The position numbers and the translations under genes were made by a program. A stretch of DNA of 64,000 bases. Source: Chrysomallon squamiferum (Eukaryota > Animalia > Mollusca). The stretch is from positions 5,704,001-5,768,000 of the forward strand of contig CM022666.1 of assembly GCA_012295275.1 (NCBI GenBank), in the 5' to 3' direction. Positions 26,199-39,132 of the stretch are shown here, one piece after another. The notes beneath the pieces are model-generated. The model did not search any database and had not been told where the DNA came from. It saw only the letters and a program-made list of their open reading frames with translations. Every line of letters starts with the position of its first letter. The stretch's first letter is position 1.

Positions 26199-26763
26199 GT
26201 TAGTTTTTTTATATTTATTTTATACGTTATTATTTTTTTAATATTTGTTTTGTGCTTTATTATTTTTTTAATATTTTGTACGTTATTATATTTATTTTAT
26301 TCTTTATTATTTGTATATATTTGTTTTGTATTTTATTATTTTTATATCTGTTTTATACCTTCTTATTTGTATTGGTTGTGTACTTTTATTATTTTTGTAT
26401 TTATTTTATGCTTTGTTATTATTTTTTAATATTTTATTTTGTGCTTTATTACTTTTTATATTTATTTTGTACTTTATTATTATTATTTTTTACTTTATGA
26501 TTTTTTTATACTTTATTATTTTTGTAGTTATTTTATGTTTTATTATTTTTATATTTATTTTATATTTTGCTATTTTTTTTTATATTTATTTTATTATTTT
26601 ATACTTCACTATTTTTTATGTTTATTTTATACTTTACTATCTTTTGCACACACAGTTCATAAATACAACATTACATGCATTAATCTATCAATAACCTAAC
26701 TGCCTGCCTGTATTATATTTCTTTGTCTTCATCCATCCATCCATGTTTTTATTTATTTCATAG

Positions 26764-26829
26764 GCAAGAAACATTGCTTGCTCTATAGAAGTTCGAGATT
26801 CTGATGATGTGTCTGCTGTCCCAGTCAAG
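26764..26829 (+). CDS. DOCK9: DOCK-D exon 16 (DHR-1)
   Basis: ARNIACSIEVRDSDDVSAVPVK. Confidence 0.92.
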
Positions 26830-27241
26830 GTAGATAACTCTTTAAATTCTAGAGGGGAAAAAAGGTATCATTCAGAATAATTCAGATATAAATTAATTAT
26901 GTAAGGACTGAAAATGTACACATTCATTCTCATACTCAAAATGTTGATAGATATCAATTTTAAATAAAACTATTTATATTTGTTATTTTTGGTTTATATA
27001 TGCACTTATACAAATTGTGTGTGGATGTGAGAGTGAGTATGTATAGGTGTTTGTGTGTGTGTGTGTGTGTGAGTGTGAGTGAGTGAGTGAGTGTGAGTGT
27101 GAGTGTGTGTGTAAGAGAGAGACCAACTCATAAATACCCACCAGATGTCTGTTCTGATCTCTATTAACAAGAGTTAATGGTAACTTCCACTATTTCTGAC
27201 AGACTGGATTATGTATGTAATTTTGGTTCATCATTTTACAG

Positions 27242-27334
27242 TGCATCTATGGCCGTCCAGGGATTTCAGTGTTTACAACAGTAGCAACTACAACTGTTAC
27301 TCACCATGTTTCCACCCCGGTCTACACAGAAGAG
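27242..27334 (+). CDS. DOCK9: DOCK-D exon 17 (DHR-1)
   Basis: CIYGRPGISVFTTVATTTVTHHVSTPVYTEE. Confidence 0.92.
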
Positions 27335-27539
27335 GTAAGAAAATTATTTGTAAATAAGTTATCAGATATTTATTTTCATATTTGGGGTGATGTAATAGTA
27401 AATAAAGAGAAAACAGAAAAAGTAAAATTATATTGAATAATAAAGAAAAAGTCCAAATTTAAGATGTGAAAAAAGATCAGTGTATATTTAATTTTCGATT
27501 ACTTTACCATTATTTCAAAATAATTTATTTCAGTGACTT

Positions 27540-27870
27540 AATAATTCCATGACATCATGACATTTGTTTAACATAATTAATGTTTCCATAACATTGGTTT
27601 TTGTCTATGACATCATCATTATGTTTCTATAATGTCATCATGTATTTTATAACATCATTATAACATTTCTGTGACATCACAATATCTCATGACATCATTT
27701 TATTACTGTCACATCATATATTTATGTGCCATAAGTGTTGGATTTCAGTGACATCACTACATTTCGTGATATCATTTTGTTTCTATGACATCATTTTTAT
27801 ATTTCTTTGCCATTGCTTTGTTTCCATGACATCACTGCATTTCTATGACATCATCGTATTTCTATAATAG
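27540..27870. repeat. Degenerate repeat of about 22 bp (TTTCTATGACATCA core) ending at the exon 18 acceptor
   Basis: Recurrent (T/C)ATGACATCA core. Confidence 0.8.
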
Positions 27871-28049
27871 GTGAAAGTTCTGCTTCCAACACACATCCAC
27901 GACAAACATCACTTGCTGTTCAAGTTCTATCATGTCAGTTGCGAGGGTTCCAAAACAGCAAATCGTAGTTCTGGGTCGTCAATTAAGAAAAAAGACAATA
28001 TTGAAATACCAATTGGATTTGCCTGGATGCCACTTCTAGTTGATGGGAG
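27871..28049 (+). CDS. DOCK9: DOCK-D exon 18 (DHR-1)
   Basis: VKVLLPTHIHDKHHLLFKFYHVSCE...IGFAWMPLLVDG. Confidence 0.93.
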
Positions 28050-28590
28050 GTTAGTTTTGAAATAATATAAATAGTAATGATAATGATAGTGATGATGGTA
28101 ACATTAATAATAATAACAGTGATTATAATATAATGATACTAATATTAATAATCATCATCATATTGATAATAATACTAAATATTATATAATAAAGTAAATT
28201 AATAATACTAAATATTATATAATAAAGTAAATTAATAATACTAAATATTATATAATAAAGTAAATAATAATAATAATTATTATAATAAAATACAAATAAA
28301 TAACTAAATAAATAACAATAATAATAAATAACTAGAACAAGAACACTTGCAGAAGTAACCAAAATAACAACAGTGAGTTTGTTTTCTGATTTAAATATTA
28401 AAATGAATACAGAAAATGATTGTGTGTGTGTGTGTGTGTGTATGAAATCAGAATAATGAAAAATAAATAAAAATGAAATGATATTTAGAAATAACTTTTA
28501 TTTTTAGAAAGAAATGCATAACTTGTTTGGTTTTATTGATTTAGTTTCATTTAATCTTTTTTTTCTTTCATTCTTCATTTCTTTATTTCT

Positions 28591-28662
<72 letters not shown>

Positions 28663-28683
28663 TATTTCTTTATTTATTTGCAG

Positions 28684-28771
28684 AGTGGCAGTGGGAGACA
28701 GACAGATCAGTGTGTCTAGTAATTTACCACCAGGCTACTTAAACCACGAAACTCTTGGACTGGGACGAGGA
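28684..28771 (+). CDS. DOCK9: DOCK-D exon 19 (DHR-1)
   Basis: VAVGDRQISVSSNLPPGYLNHETLGLGRG. Confidence 0.92.
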
Positions 28772-29111
28772 GTAAATATTTTTTTAAATACAGTTTTTTT
28801 CCATTACTCTTATAAAATTGTTTCCATCCTTTTCCAAAAAAATTTTAAAATTAATATTCATCCTTCATTGAAATTTATATGGATTCTAACTCGATTAAAT
28901 AACATATTTTTAATTCAAAAAATTATTAAGAAAAAACGTTATCTTTTTTTAAAATTCAGGTACTCATATAAAGTGGATGTTTATATTTTGTTGAAAATAA
29001 TATTCACTCTTTTATTGACATTTTTCTGGATCATATATAATTTGATTACATAATGTATTTTTAATTTAAATAATAATAAATAAAAACAAATAAATGTTTT
29101 TTATTTTTCAG

Positions 29112-29198
29112 AATGCAGGACCTGATATAAAGTGGGTAGATGGTGGCAAACAGCTGTTTAAAATTCATCTCAGACTGATGTCAACAATCTACACACAG
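29112..29198 (+). CDS. DOCK9: DOCK-D exon 20 (DHR-1 end)
   Basis: NAGPDIKWVDGGKQLFKIHLRLMSTIYTQ. Confidence 0.93.
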
Positions 29199-29369
29199 GT
29201 TAAAAATTTGTTGGTTTTTTTTGCTTTTTATTTTTAATTTATTTTTTTATCTGTTGTGGCTAAATGAATTGAAAAGGTTTCTATCTTCAAGAAACATAAA
29301 AATTAAAAATAAAAATTACAATAAATAAATAAAATATAATACACCCTCATTAAAAAGAAGACACCTCAA

Positions 29370-29555
29370 GATTATCAAATGCTGAAATATGTGCTCTCCT
29401 GTTTATGAGAAGGTGCATATAAAAGATCCTTTTGCTGCTAATCAGGAAAGAGTAACCCACTGTGAGGTGGCAACTGTGGATTTCTTTTGTCATAATCCAG
29501 GTATTAATAATTTCTGTCTTTTGACATAAACAATATATATTGAATAAAACACCTC
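29370..29555 (+). mobile_element. Degenerate SINE-like fragment
   Basis: GGTGCATATAAAAGATCC..TTGCTGCTAATC..AAAGAGTA resembles a gastropod SINE body as I recall it; weaker related pieces at about 17895-17962 (minus), 20510-20560 and 42985-43150. Not verified by search. Confidence 0.45.
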
Positions 29556-29641
29556 TGACATTAATATTTTAATTGGTAAATAAATTTAATTAATTTTAAG
29601 TTAACAGGTTTAATTGTAATTAAATTCTGATGATTTTTTAG

Positions 29642-29734
29642 GATCAGCATCTACACAATTTCTTCCAAGTGTGTCAGAAGATAGAGACTGGGCAGGGAGC
29701 ACCTGTTGACCTCAACAGCATCAACAAACTCAAG
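29642..29734 (+). CDS. DOCK9: DOCK-D exon 21
   Basis: DQHLHNFFQVCQKIETGQGAPVDLNSINKLK. Confidence 0.92.
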
Positions 29735-29863
29735 GTGAGTTGTGTCCTAATTTTTCATTGGATGAAATGCTGTTGGTTTGTAGAATGGCACATATCATTG
29801 GTTGGTTAGGATCAGCAGTGACTGGAATAACTCAGAAGCATTTTATTATTATTGTTATTGTTA

Positions 29864-29920
<57 letters not shown>

Positions 29921-30076
29921 GTTGATTTAATGAAATCATCTATTTATCATCTATTTTTTTAATTTTAATTTATTTATTTATTTTCTTTTTATTATTATCT
30001 GTTTTTTAATTTTACTTTTATTTATTTAATTTTATTTTTTATTATTATTATTTTTTAATTTATTTATTTATTTTTA

Positions 30077-30123
<47 letters not shown>

Positions 30124-31114
30124 TTTATAATAAAGTCTTTAAAGTTAAAAAAAAGAAAAGGAGGGGAAAGAAATTAAGATTTTTATACCAAACTTTGGAA
30201 AACATATTTTAATTCTGTAAAATATATACTATTATATATTTTTTTTTTTTTTTAAAAGTGTATCTTAATCTATTTATATCAATTTTGCATGCCTGGGAAT
30301 ATGAGCATTTAGCATGTGCATTTTGCTGCATATGCATCTGGCATGAATGAGCCATATTTTAGAAGTGACATGCTTTTGACATCAGCATGATATTTTAGAA
30401 GGACATGAATTTGATTATGATAATGAAAAATGTTCTGGATTTTAGCGTGCATGATATTTTTGAAGTTTGTACTAATATTTCATTTACTAACCATTTTCAA
30501 ATTAATATTTTAATTGGTTTTTTAGGGAAAGAAATTTATTTTTGATGTTTAATATTTTAATTGGTTTTTCAGGGGAAGAAATATATTTTTTAATGTTTAA
30601 TATTTTTTTTTAAATTTTTTTATTTAATAACATTTTGGAGATCTCATATCAAATATCTTTTAAAATGAAAAAGATGATTATAAGGGAAACTGAAAATTAA
30701 AAAAAAAAAAAAGCAAGGAACAAAAATTAATAATAACAATAATAAAAAAATATATATATAATTAAGACAGTAATTAAAGTTTGTTTTCAATATATTATAA
30801 ATTATGTCTTCTATATATTTTAATCTTCAAACAAAAATAAATAAATAAAACCAAACTAAAACAAACTAAAACAAACCAAACCAAACCAAACCAAAACAAA
30901 CCAAAATAAAATGAAATAAAATAAAATAATTTAAATCATGTACTGCAGATCATTTTTATCAGCTATGCACTCCCCCTCACATACACTTTAAACTGTCCAT
31001 GATCAGTTCCATAACATATTCACATAACTTATCTTTAAAATAAATAGATAAATAAATAAATAAATAAATAAATAGATAAATAAATTGAAAAAAAAACAAC
31101 ATAAAAACTTTAAA

Positions 31115-31210
31115 AATTACTTAAAATTATTTTCACCTGGATTATCCAATAAATTAAAAAAAAAAAAAATAAATAAATTACTTAAAATTATTTTCACCTG
31201 GATTATCCAA

Positions 31211-31248
<38 letters not shown>

Positions 31249-31279
31249 ACTTAAAATTATTTTCACCTGGATTATCCAA

Positions 31280-31317
<38 letters not shown>

Positions 31318-31345
31318 ACTTAAAATTATTTTCACCTGGATTTAC
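31115..31345. repeat. Tandem repeat with variable poly-A spacer, 4 copies
   Basis: AATTACTTAAAATTATTTTCACCTGGATTATCCAATAAATT(A)n. Confidence 0.85.
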
Positions 31346-31416
31346 CCACCTACAGATCCGTTGTGATAAGTTGTGCACTCAGTGTTTATTTCTAATCCAA
31401 GTTTGTTTTACACCAG

Positions 31417-31473
31417 ATGGAAGTTGGTATTAACACCTCCCAACACATTCAGAAACTGCTAGCCATGACCAAG
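31417..31473 (+). CDS. DOCK9: Candidate 57-nt cassette exon (MEVGINTSQHIQKLLAMTK)
   Basis: TTTTACACCAG| ... AAG|GTAGGT; 19 codons, stop-free, phase 0-0 like the host intron. Confidence 0.6.
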
Positions 31474-31699
31474 GTAGGTGATACTACTCAACAGCTCCAC
31501 GCATCTGTGATTTCAACCATTCCAGTTCTGTAGTATTTTGGTGTTGGCGCTTTTTTTTTTCTAGTTTCGCTGTGCGATATTAATTACTTAGTTAATTTGT
31601 TTGTGTAATTAGTCAAATCTGTCTACCTCGTGTTGTTGACGTAATGTAGCTTTATAATTTCAAAACTTTATTTTCAAATGTTTGTGTGTCTGTAGGTGA

Positions 31700-32400
31700 T
31701 AGTAAATAAGGCTGTTGCTTTTACCTCTCTGTCTCTTTATACTTTTTTCTTTTCACTACATGTAAGTAATTTCCTGTTTCATTAGTAAAATTATCTCTTT
31801 GTATTTGGTTTTTGCACTTTTTCTTTTGTCTATAAATTAAATATAAAATCATTTTTTTGTGTTAGTAAAGTCATCTCTCTATTTGTTTTGACACTTTTTT
31901 ACTTTCTCTATAAATTAGATATATAAGAAATTTTCTGTTTCATTAGTAAAATTATCTCTTTATATTTGGCATGAGCACTTTTTCTTTTGTCTGTAAATTA
32001 AATATGAAAGTAAATTTTCTGTGTTAGTAAAATCATACCTTTATATTTGGTGTTTGCACGTTTTCTTTTGTCTATAAACTAAATATAAAAGTAATTTTCT
32101 GTGTTAGGAAAATCATACTTTATATTTGGTGTTGGAACTATTTCTTTTCTCTATAAAATAAAAATAAAAGTAATTTTCTGTGTCTCTTTATATTTGGTGT
32201 TGGATCTTTTTTCTTTTCTCTATAAAATAAATATAAAAGTAATTTTCTCTGTGGTTAGTAACACCATTCTGACTTCTGTAGAAAATATATAGATTAATAT
32301 AGTTTGTGTTTTGAAAAAGTTTATAGCAGTAATAGAAACTTAAAGCTTTTACTTCCTTCTTCCTTGAATTTGGTGTTGGCACTTTCTTTTTTTATTTCTT
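31700..32400. repeat. Degenerate tandem repeat of about 75-80 bp
   Basis: TAGTAAAATCATCTCTTTATATTTGGTG..TTTTCTTTTGTCTATAAATTAAATATAAAAGTAATTTTCTGTG recurs about 7 times. Confidence 0.8.
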
Positions 32401-32636
32401 TATATTTTATATGTGTTTAATTTTCCAAGAAAATAATAAATTAGTTAAATCTGGTGTAGTAAACATATTTTTAACATTAATATTGTGTTTTTAAAAGTTT
32501 ATAGTAATAATATTAGACCTAAAGCTTTTATTTATACATTTATAAATCTTTGTGTTATATCATGTATCTGTATCTCTGTATCTGTCTACCTACCTACTAT
32601 ATGTCTATATACAGATATCAATATACACACTGACAT

Positions 32637-32701
<65 letters not shown>

Positions 32702-33042
32702 TAGATGATCTTCTTTCTTCGGTGTTTTATTATTATTAATTCATTTGTTGAAATGTTGATAGACTTTTGGGATTTTCTTTGCTTCAGTGGTTAACTTATT
32801 TTGGCTTTGGTTTCAAGAAGAATGAATTTTGTTTAAATCATTTATATACTGCCTTTTTTTCACATACATGTTGGGTTTTCATGGATTATATGCATGTTGG
32901 AGACTATATATGTTTAAATAAGAAAATGTTTGTACATGCATGCAAGAATGTCTGTGCATGCATGCCTCCAAATTCATGTGTTGCACACAAGTATTTATTT
33001 GATTTGATTTTATTTTATTTTGTGAAGAAATTGTTTTCAGTC

Positions 33043-33095
<53 letters not shown>

Positions 33096-33498
33096 ATTTC
33101 TTTTTTAATTAATTTCAATCAATTTTATTTATTTATTTATATTATTTTATTATTATTGTTCTTTTTTTTAATTATATATCAATTTTAAAAAATTTATTAT
33201 TGTAATCATCATTGTTATCATTGGAAAAAAGTCTTGTCTTAAAACTGCTAGCAAAATCATTTTCTGGTTTAAGAAAGAAAGAATCAGAAATATTTTTGGA
33301 TTTAAAAAACACCCAAATTAATAATTTTAATAAATAAATAAATAAATAAATACATTTTAATAAGTAAATAGATAGGTAAATAAAATTTAATAAATAATGA
33401 TAATTTTTTGTTGTTTTTTTTGTTTTGAATTTCATTTGTGATTCATTAATAAAATAAATTAATCCAAATTAAAAAAAAAAAATATATATTATTTTCAG

Positions 33499-33614
33499 TC
33501 TCTGCTGGCAGTAGAAGTTAGTACATACATTCAGTTCCTGCCCACTCTCCTTGACCAACTCTTCCATCTGTTAACCACCACTAACAGCGAGGATGTAGGC
33601 ACCAACACAGTCAG
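33499..33614 (+). CDS. DOCK9: DOCK-D exon 22
   Basis: SLLAVEVSTYIQFLPTLLDQLFHLLTTTNSEDVGTNTV. Confidence 0.93.
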
Positions 33615-33940
33615 GTAATAATCTGGGATAATCCAGTAATTTAATAATCTAGATATGACTATAGTACACTTTCAGGTAATAATCTGGGATAATCCAGTAA
33701 TTTAATAATCTAGATATGACTATATTACACTGTCAGGTAATAATCTGGGATAATCCAGAAATTTAATAATCTAGATATGATTATATTACACTGTCAGGTA
33801 ATAATCTTGGATAATCCAGTAATTTAATAATCTGGACAGGACTAGGTTACATTTTCAGGGGATAATCAAGTAAGGTAATAATTTAGATAAAGATAGGTAA
33901 AATTTTCAGATAGTAATCTGGGATAATCCTGTATATTAAT
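33605..33940. repeat. 61-bp tandem repeat containing the exon 22 donor
   Basis: CAG|GTAATAATCT(G/T)GGATAATCCAG.. at 33614, 33675, 33736, 33797; decayed at 33858. Confidence 0.92.
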
Positions 33941-34020
33941 AATCTTGATGTTATCAGTTTATATTTTCCATGGATTTAGATATTACTATCAGGCAATGTA
34001 TTATTTAATTTTGATAGGTA

Positions 34021-34067
<47 letters not shown>

Positions 34068-34145
34068 TGAGAGAGAGAGAGAGAGAGAGTGAGTGAGTGA
34101 GTGAGTGAAATAAAGTTTGATTTGTTTCTTAATTGTGTTTTAAAG

Positions 34146-34215
34146 GGTGGTTATCTACATTGTGTCTGCAGTCCATGATGCTAGCAAGATGGACCTTCTT
34201 CAGAAATATGTTAAG
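34146..34215 (+). CDS. DOCK9: DOCK-D exon 23
   Basis: VVIYIVSAVHDASKMDLLQKYVK. Confidence 0.9.
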
Positions 34216-34383
34216 GTGTGTACAAATATTTCTAAACTTTTTAACAAATAAAAATCATATTTTCAGACAAAAAAATAATAATAATACAAAAAAAATAAAA
34301 CATAAATAAATAAATAAACAAATTGTGCAACCAGTAAGTCATATTTCATGACGTAACTTAAATAACCTTTTATTTCATATCAG

Positions 34384-34587
34384 TACATCTTCCGACCCGA
34401 CCCGATTCAGAAGGGGTCCAAACAGAAGACGGTACACGAAGAACTTGCAAAGTATTTGACTTCGATCATGAGACCAGCCAATGCTGATCCTGAAGAAATC
34501 AAACGATTCCTCGCTCATTCCTGGTTCATGCTGGAGATCCTCATCAAAAGCATGACCCAGTTTCTCATTGACACAGACAGGGTCAAG
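34384..34587 (+). CDS. DOCK9: DOCK-D exon 24
   Basis: YIFRPDP...TVHEELAK...HSWFMLEILIKSMTQFL. Confidence 0.93.
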
Positions 34588-34701
34588 GTCAGTGTTCAAG
34601 GGCAAGGTTATTTACTTTCTGTAATTTTTAAAAATAAAAAATAATAATTGTAAGGTTTGAACATTGATGGTGATATATCTTGATATGCTAAAAAAAACTA
34701 C

Positions 34702-34741
<40 letters not shown>

Positions 34742-35041
34742 GTTATTATTATTATTCATGGTAATGTCTTTGTAGGTATCATTAGCTACTTTCTCATTAA
34801 ATAAGTCAATTAAAATGATAATGATGATGATGATAATGTTAATGATGATTATTATCATAATCATAACAGTAATTATAGCAATAATAATAATAGTGATGAT
34901 GATGGTGAACACAATAATGATAACAACAACAGAACAATGACACAGTAATAGCAATAACAACAAAAACATAATAATAATAATAATAACCAAAACAAAAAAA
35001 TAATAATAATACTACTAACTAAAACAAAACTACTACTACTA

Positions 35042-35078
<37 letters not shown>

Positions 35079-35283
35079 ATAATAATAATAATAATACAAA
35101 AATAATAATAATTGCAGTGACAGCAACAACACAACCACAATAACAGTAACACCAAATCATCAATAATAAAAAATAAAAATTTCAAAAAAAGCAATAGCAG
35201 CAAAAATAAAACAACAACCTAAACAACAACAACAACAACAGTAATGATAAATTGTTGCTGATGCATCTTGTCTTTGTTATTAG

Positions 35284-35424
35284 ATGCCTCGTAACGAGAG
35301 GTTTTCGTCTGACTGTCAGTTCAGAATAAACAACTTGCTGCAGACTGTGATTCCTCATCTTGTTCAGAAACACTCGGAGATAGGAACCAAGAATGCCAAC
35401 AACAGCATGGCCAATTTTGTAAAG
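35284..35424 (+). CDS. DOCK9: DOCK-D exon 25
   Basis: MPRNERFSSDCQFRINNLLQ...NANNSMANFVK. Confidence 0.93.
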
Positions 35425-35539
35425 GTAAAAAATGTATACAGATCCATAGAAAAGTGTTTACAGTTTCGGAGAGAAGAAATAATGTGTAAATGTTTTAGAC
35501 ATATAACTTAATTAAATAAATATTTTTAAAAATTATATT

Positions 35540-35589
<50 letters not shown>

Positions 35590-35763
35590 ACAGATGGATG
35601 GATAGTAGATTATGTGTGTGTGTGTGTGTATGCTACTGTGTGTGTTTACTGTATATTAGTTTTAAACACACACACACACAAACACTCATTTATTCCATAT
35701 TTTATATTAAATTATTAAAATAAAAAAAACATGAGAATTACAATTTCTGTTTTCTGTTTTCAG

Positions 35764-35847
35764 CAATGTTTTACTTTGATGGATCGTGGCTTTGTCTTCC
35801 GTTTGATTGCCACATACATTGACAACTTCAACATCCCAGAGGAGAAG
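35764..35847 (+). CDS. DOCK9: DOCK-D exon 26
   Basis: QCFTLMDRGFVFRLIATYIDNFNIPEEK. Confidence 0.93.
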
Positions 35848-36394
35848 GTCTGTATTATTGCTAAAACCATGTTTGTATATAATATATATTATAGTTAACA
35901 TGGGTTACTACATTATTTTAGACAGTAGAAGGTCTGATATTTGCTATAACCATGTGTGTTATAATTAATGTTATAGTTAATTATAGTTAATGTGCTTTAC
36001 TGGATTTTTAAAAACTTTATAAAATTTATAATTTATGAGATTTTGGTTTTAAAATATGCAGTGACATGTAGAAGATGGCGAAAGAGATATATGAGATAAA
36101 CAGATAGCTAGAAATAGATAGGAGATGGAGAGAGAGAGAGAGAGAGAGAGAGATAGATAAAGAGAGAGAATGAGAGAAAGTATTAAACAGAGAAGTAGAT
36201 ATGAGATGGAGATATAGATAAACAGATGGAAAGATAAAAGAAAGGATGAAACAAAATGGAAGAAATGAATTTAGGACGAATGAGTGAAACAATAAGAGTG
36301 AGATATCTCGAATAATAAAATATGTTTATATAAAAATAATAAATATTTATTTATTCATTCTTTTTCTTTTCTTTTTTTTCTTCTTAATATTCAG

Positions 36395-36497
36395 GTTCTA
36401 AACGAGTTTAAGTTTAAATTTCTACGAATTGTCTGCAGTCATGAACACTACGTACCACTGTGCCTACCTCTGATGAGGCCCTTTAAGACTTTCAAAG
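36395..36497 (+). CDS. DOCK9: DOCK-D exon 27
   Basis: VLNEFKFKFLRIVCSHEHYVPLCLPLMRPFKTFK, phase 0->1. Confidence 0.93.
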
Positions 36498-36594
36498 GTA
36501 CGTCAGTTATTTTATTGTAAATTTTATAATTTTTAAAACACATTAAATATTGATTTTGTTCAACATTATATCCATTTGTAAGAATTAAATATGG

Positions 36595-36633
<39 letters not shown>

Positions 36634-37088
36634 TATTATTATTTATATTATTAAATTTTTTTTACATTATATGATAGCATGGCTTCTATATATTGTACAC
36701 TCTGCTCTGTAATCTGCAAGGAATATATAAACTAAGGTGATATAACTATGTATAACTGAAAATTCATTTAGAATACTTTTTTAGGATACATTTTCAAATT
36801 AATAGGATATATTGATCATAATGATGATGATTACAATGATTATGATGATGATGGCGATAATGGTTTTGCTCATAATAATTGGGCAGTTTCCCTATTTGAG
36901 TCAAACCTCATACGGTGTTCTTTTCCTTACTAAACATTAAACTAAACACAAAAGCACATTCTGTAAATACATTGCTGTTATATGGTGAAAATAGCTAAAT
37001 AATGTCATAAGAACATATTTGTTCTCTACATATCATTGAACTAATTGATAAAACTTTTAGATACAGTTGAATAAGTAATTTTATTTTA

Positions 37089-37123
<35 letters not shown>

Positions 37124-37659
37124 CATCATCATCATCATCATCATCAACATTATTATTTTTGTTAATATTATTTATTTTATATTATTCAGTTATTTTAATT
37201 TTAATAGTCATGTTTTGTGGGGGTTTTTGTTGTTTTTTTAAAGAATTAATTATTGTTATTATTATAATTTTTTAATTTTTTATTTAAAGCTCCTGCATGG
37301 CTTTTAAAATTATAAAAGCAAAAAAAAAAAAAAAAAAATGTTTGATGTTGATATCAGAAACTGATATATATTTTAAGTCAAAGAAATGATTTAATATTAA
37401 ACGTGGACAATATGTGCGTGAGTGTGTGTAAAATAGGTTTTTCCTTCATGTAGACATCTGCTTTTTATTAATAAATGGTCTTATTTATTGAAAAATAAAG
37501 TATTTCTTTCATTATAATTATTATTATTTATATATATATATATATATATTTTTTAAAAATTAGAATCAATTAATATATTAATCAGAAAAACAAAATTAAC
37601 AGAGAAAAATTACTTTTATTTCCTTGCGTTTGCCCATTTTCATCAGTTTGTTACATTTA

Positions 37660-38425
37660 TCATATAAATACAGATTTTTGAGTTCTGCTCCAGATTGTTA
37701 TAAATTCAGTTTTTCTTTTCAGTATGGCCACCAGTTACTAAAATTGTGTCTTTCATTACAGCTGTAGAGTTATATAAAAATAAAATACAGTTTTTCTGTA
37801 TAGCTACGAATGTTTAATACTACAAATGTAGTTTTTCACTTCAGCTACAAACTGTTATTAATACAAATACAGATTTTCAGTATGGCTACAAATTCTTATT
37901 AAATACAGGTTTTTGGGTATAGGTAGAAATTGTTATTAAATACAGGTTTTTGGGTATACTTACAAATTGTTATTAAAATAAATAGTGGTTTTTTTTGGTA
38001 TGGCTACAGATTTTTGTTAATTTAAATACAGTTTTTCAGTTTGGTTACAAATTTTTGTTGATAGAAATACGATTCAGTGTAGCTACAAATTTTTACTTAA
38101 ATAAATAAAAATTATGTATGGTTACAAATTGTTATTAAAATAAAAAACAGTTTTTTTCTGGCTGCAAATTATTCAAATAAATACAGTTTTTCAGTATTGT
38201 TACAAATTGTTGTTTGTTCTAATATAGTTTTTCAGTTTACAAATTATTAGTACAAATAGAGTTTTTCATAATAACTACAAATTATAATTAAAAAAAAAAA
38301 AAAATTGTTTTCAATATAGCTAAATGTATTATTAAAGTAAAATACAGTTTTTCAATCTGGTTACAAACTGTTATTAATACAAATACAGTTTTTTGCAGTT
38401 TGGTTACAAATTATTATTAATATTT
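37660..38425. repeat. Degenerate 35-40-bp repeat ending at the microexon acceptor
   Basis: TACAAATTGTTATTAAATACAGTTTTTCAGTATGG-like units. Confidence 0.8.
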
Positions 38426-38436
38426 CCTATCAACAG

Positions 38437-38451
38437 ATTTCAAGCCAGAAG
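38437..38451 (+). CDS. DOCK9: Candidate 15-nt microexon (DFKPE)
   Basis: TTTCCTATCAACAG|ATTTCAAGCCAGAAG|GTAAAG; phase 1-1 matches the host intron. Confidence 0.6.
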
Positions 38452-38938
38452 GTAAAGAAACTGGGAAACAAACAGAAGTTTTTCATTTTTTTCCTGCTTG
38501 AAATTTTATTTTATGCATTTTACTGCATTTCTTCATGGCTTCTATCATGAAGGAGGTGGTTGATTTAAAACATTTTACTAAACAGAACTTTCTGCTTGTA
38601 CATCCATTTTTCTTTTTTACTTAGAATAACACATTTTAGGGTTAGTGGTACATTTCTATAAGAACTTGTGTGTGTACGTGTGTGTGTGTGAGAGAGAATT
38701 TAAATACACTTGTTTAAGTGTGCATATGTATGCATTATTGGAAAGATATGTACTTACGTCTGTTTGTGTGTGTCTTTTGTGTATCTATTTTGTTTGTGAT
38801 TAACAGGTAAGGATGTAGATATTTTTATTTATGCATCACTATTGGTGGATTCATTTCTTTCTGTATTTCATATAGTAACTTTTGTACTTTACAGATATGT
38901 GAATCAGAGAGATAGAATGATAGAGGAGATTCATATTT

Positions 38939-39037
<99 letters not shown>

Positions 39038-39073
39038 CAAGAGGGAGAAAATGACATTTTTATATGGGGGATG

Positions 39074-39132
<59 letters not shown>

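Noticed and set aside
30480-30600. TACTAAC plus duplicated acceptor-like TTTTAG|GG / TTTCAG|GG
   Set aside because: No convincing donor or peptide follows.
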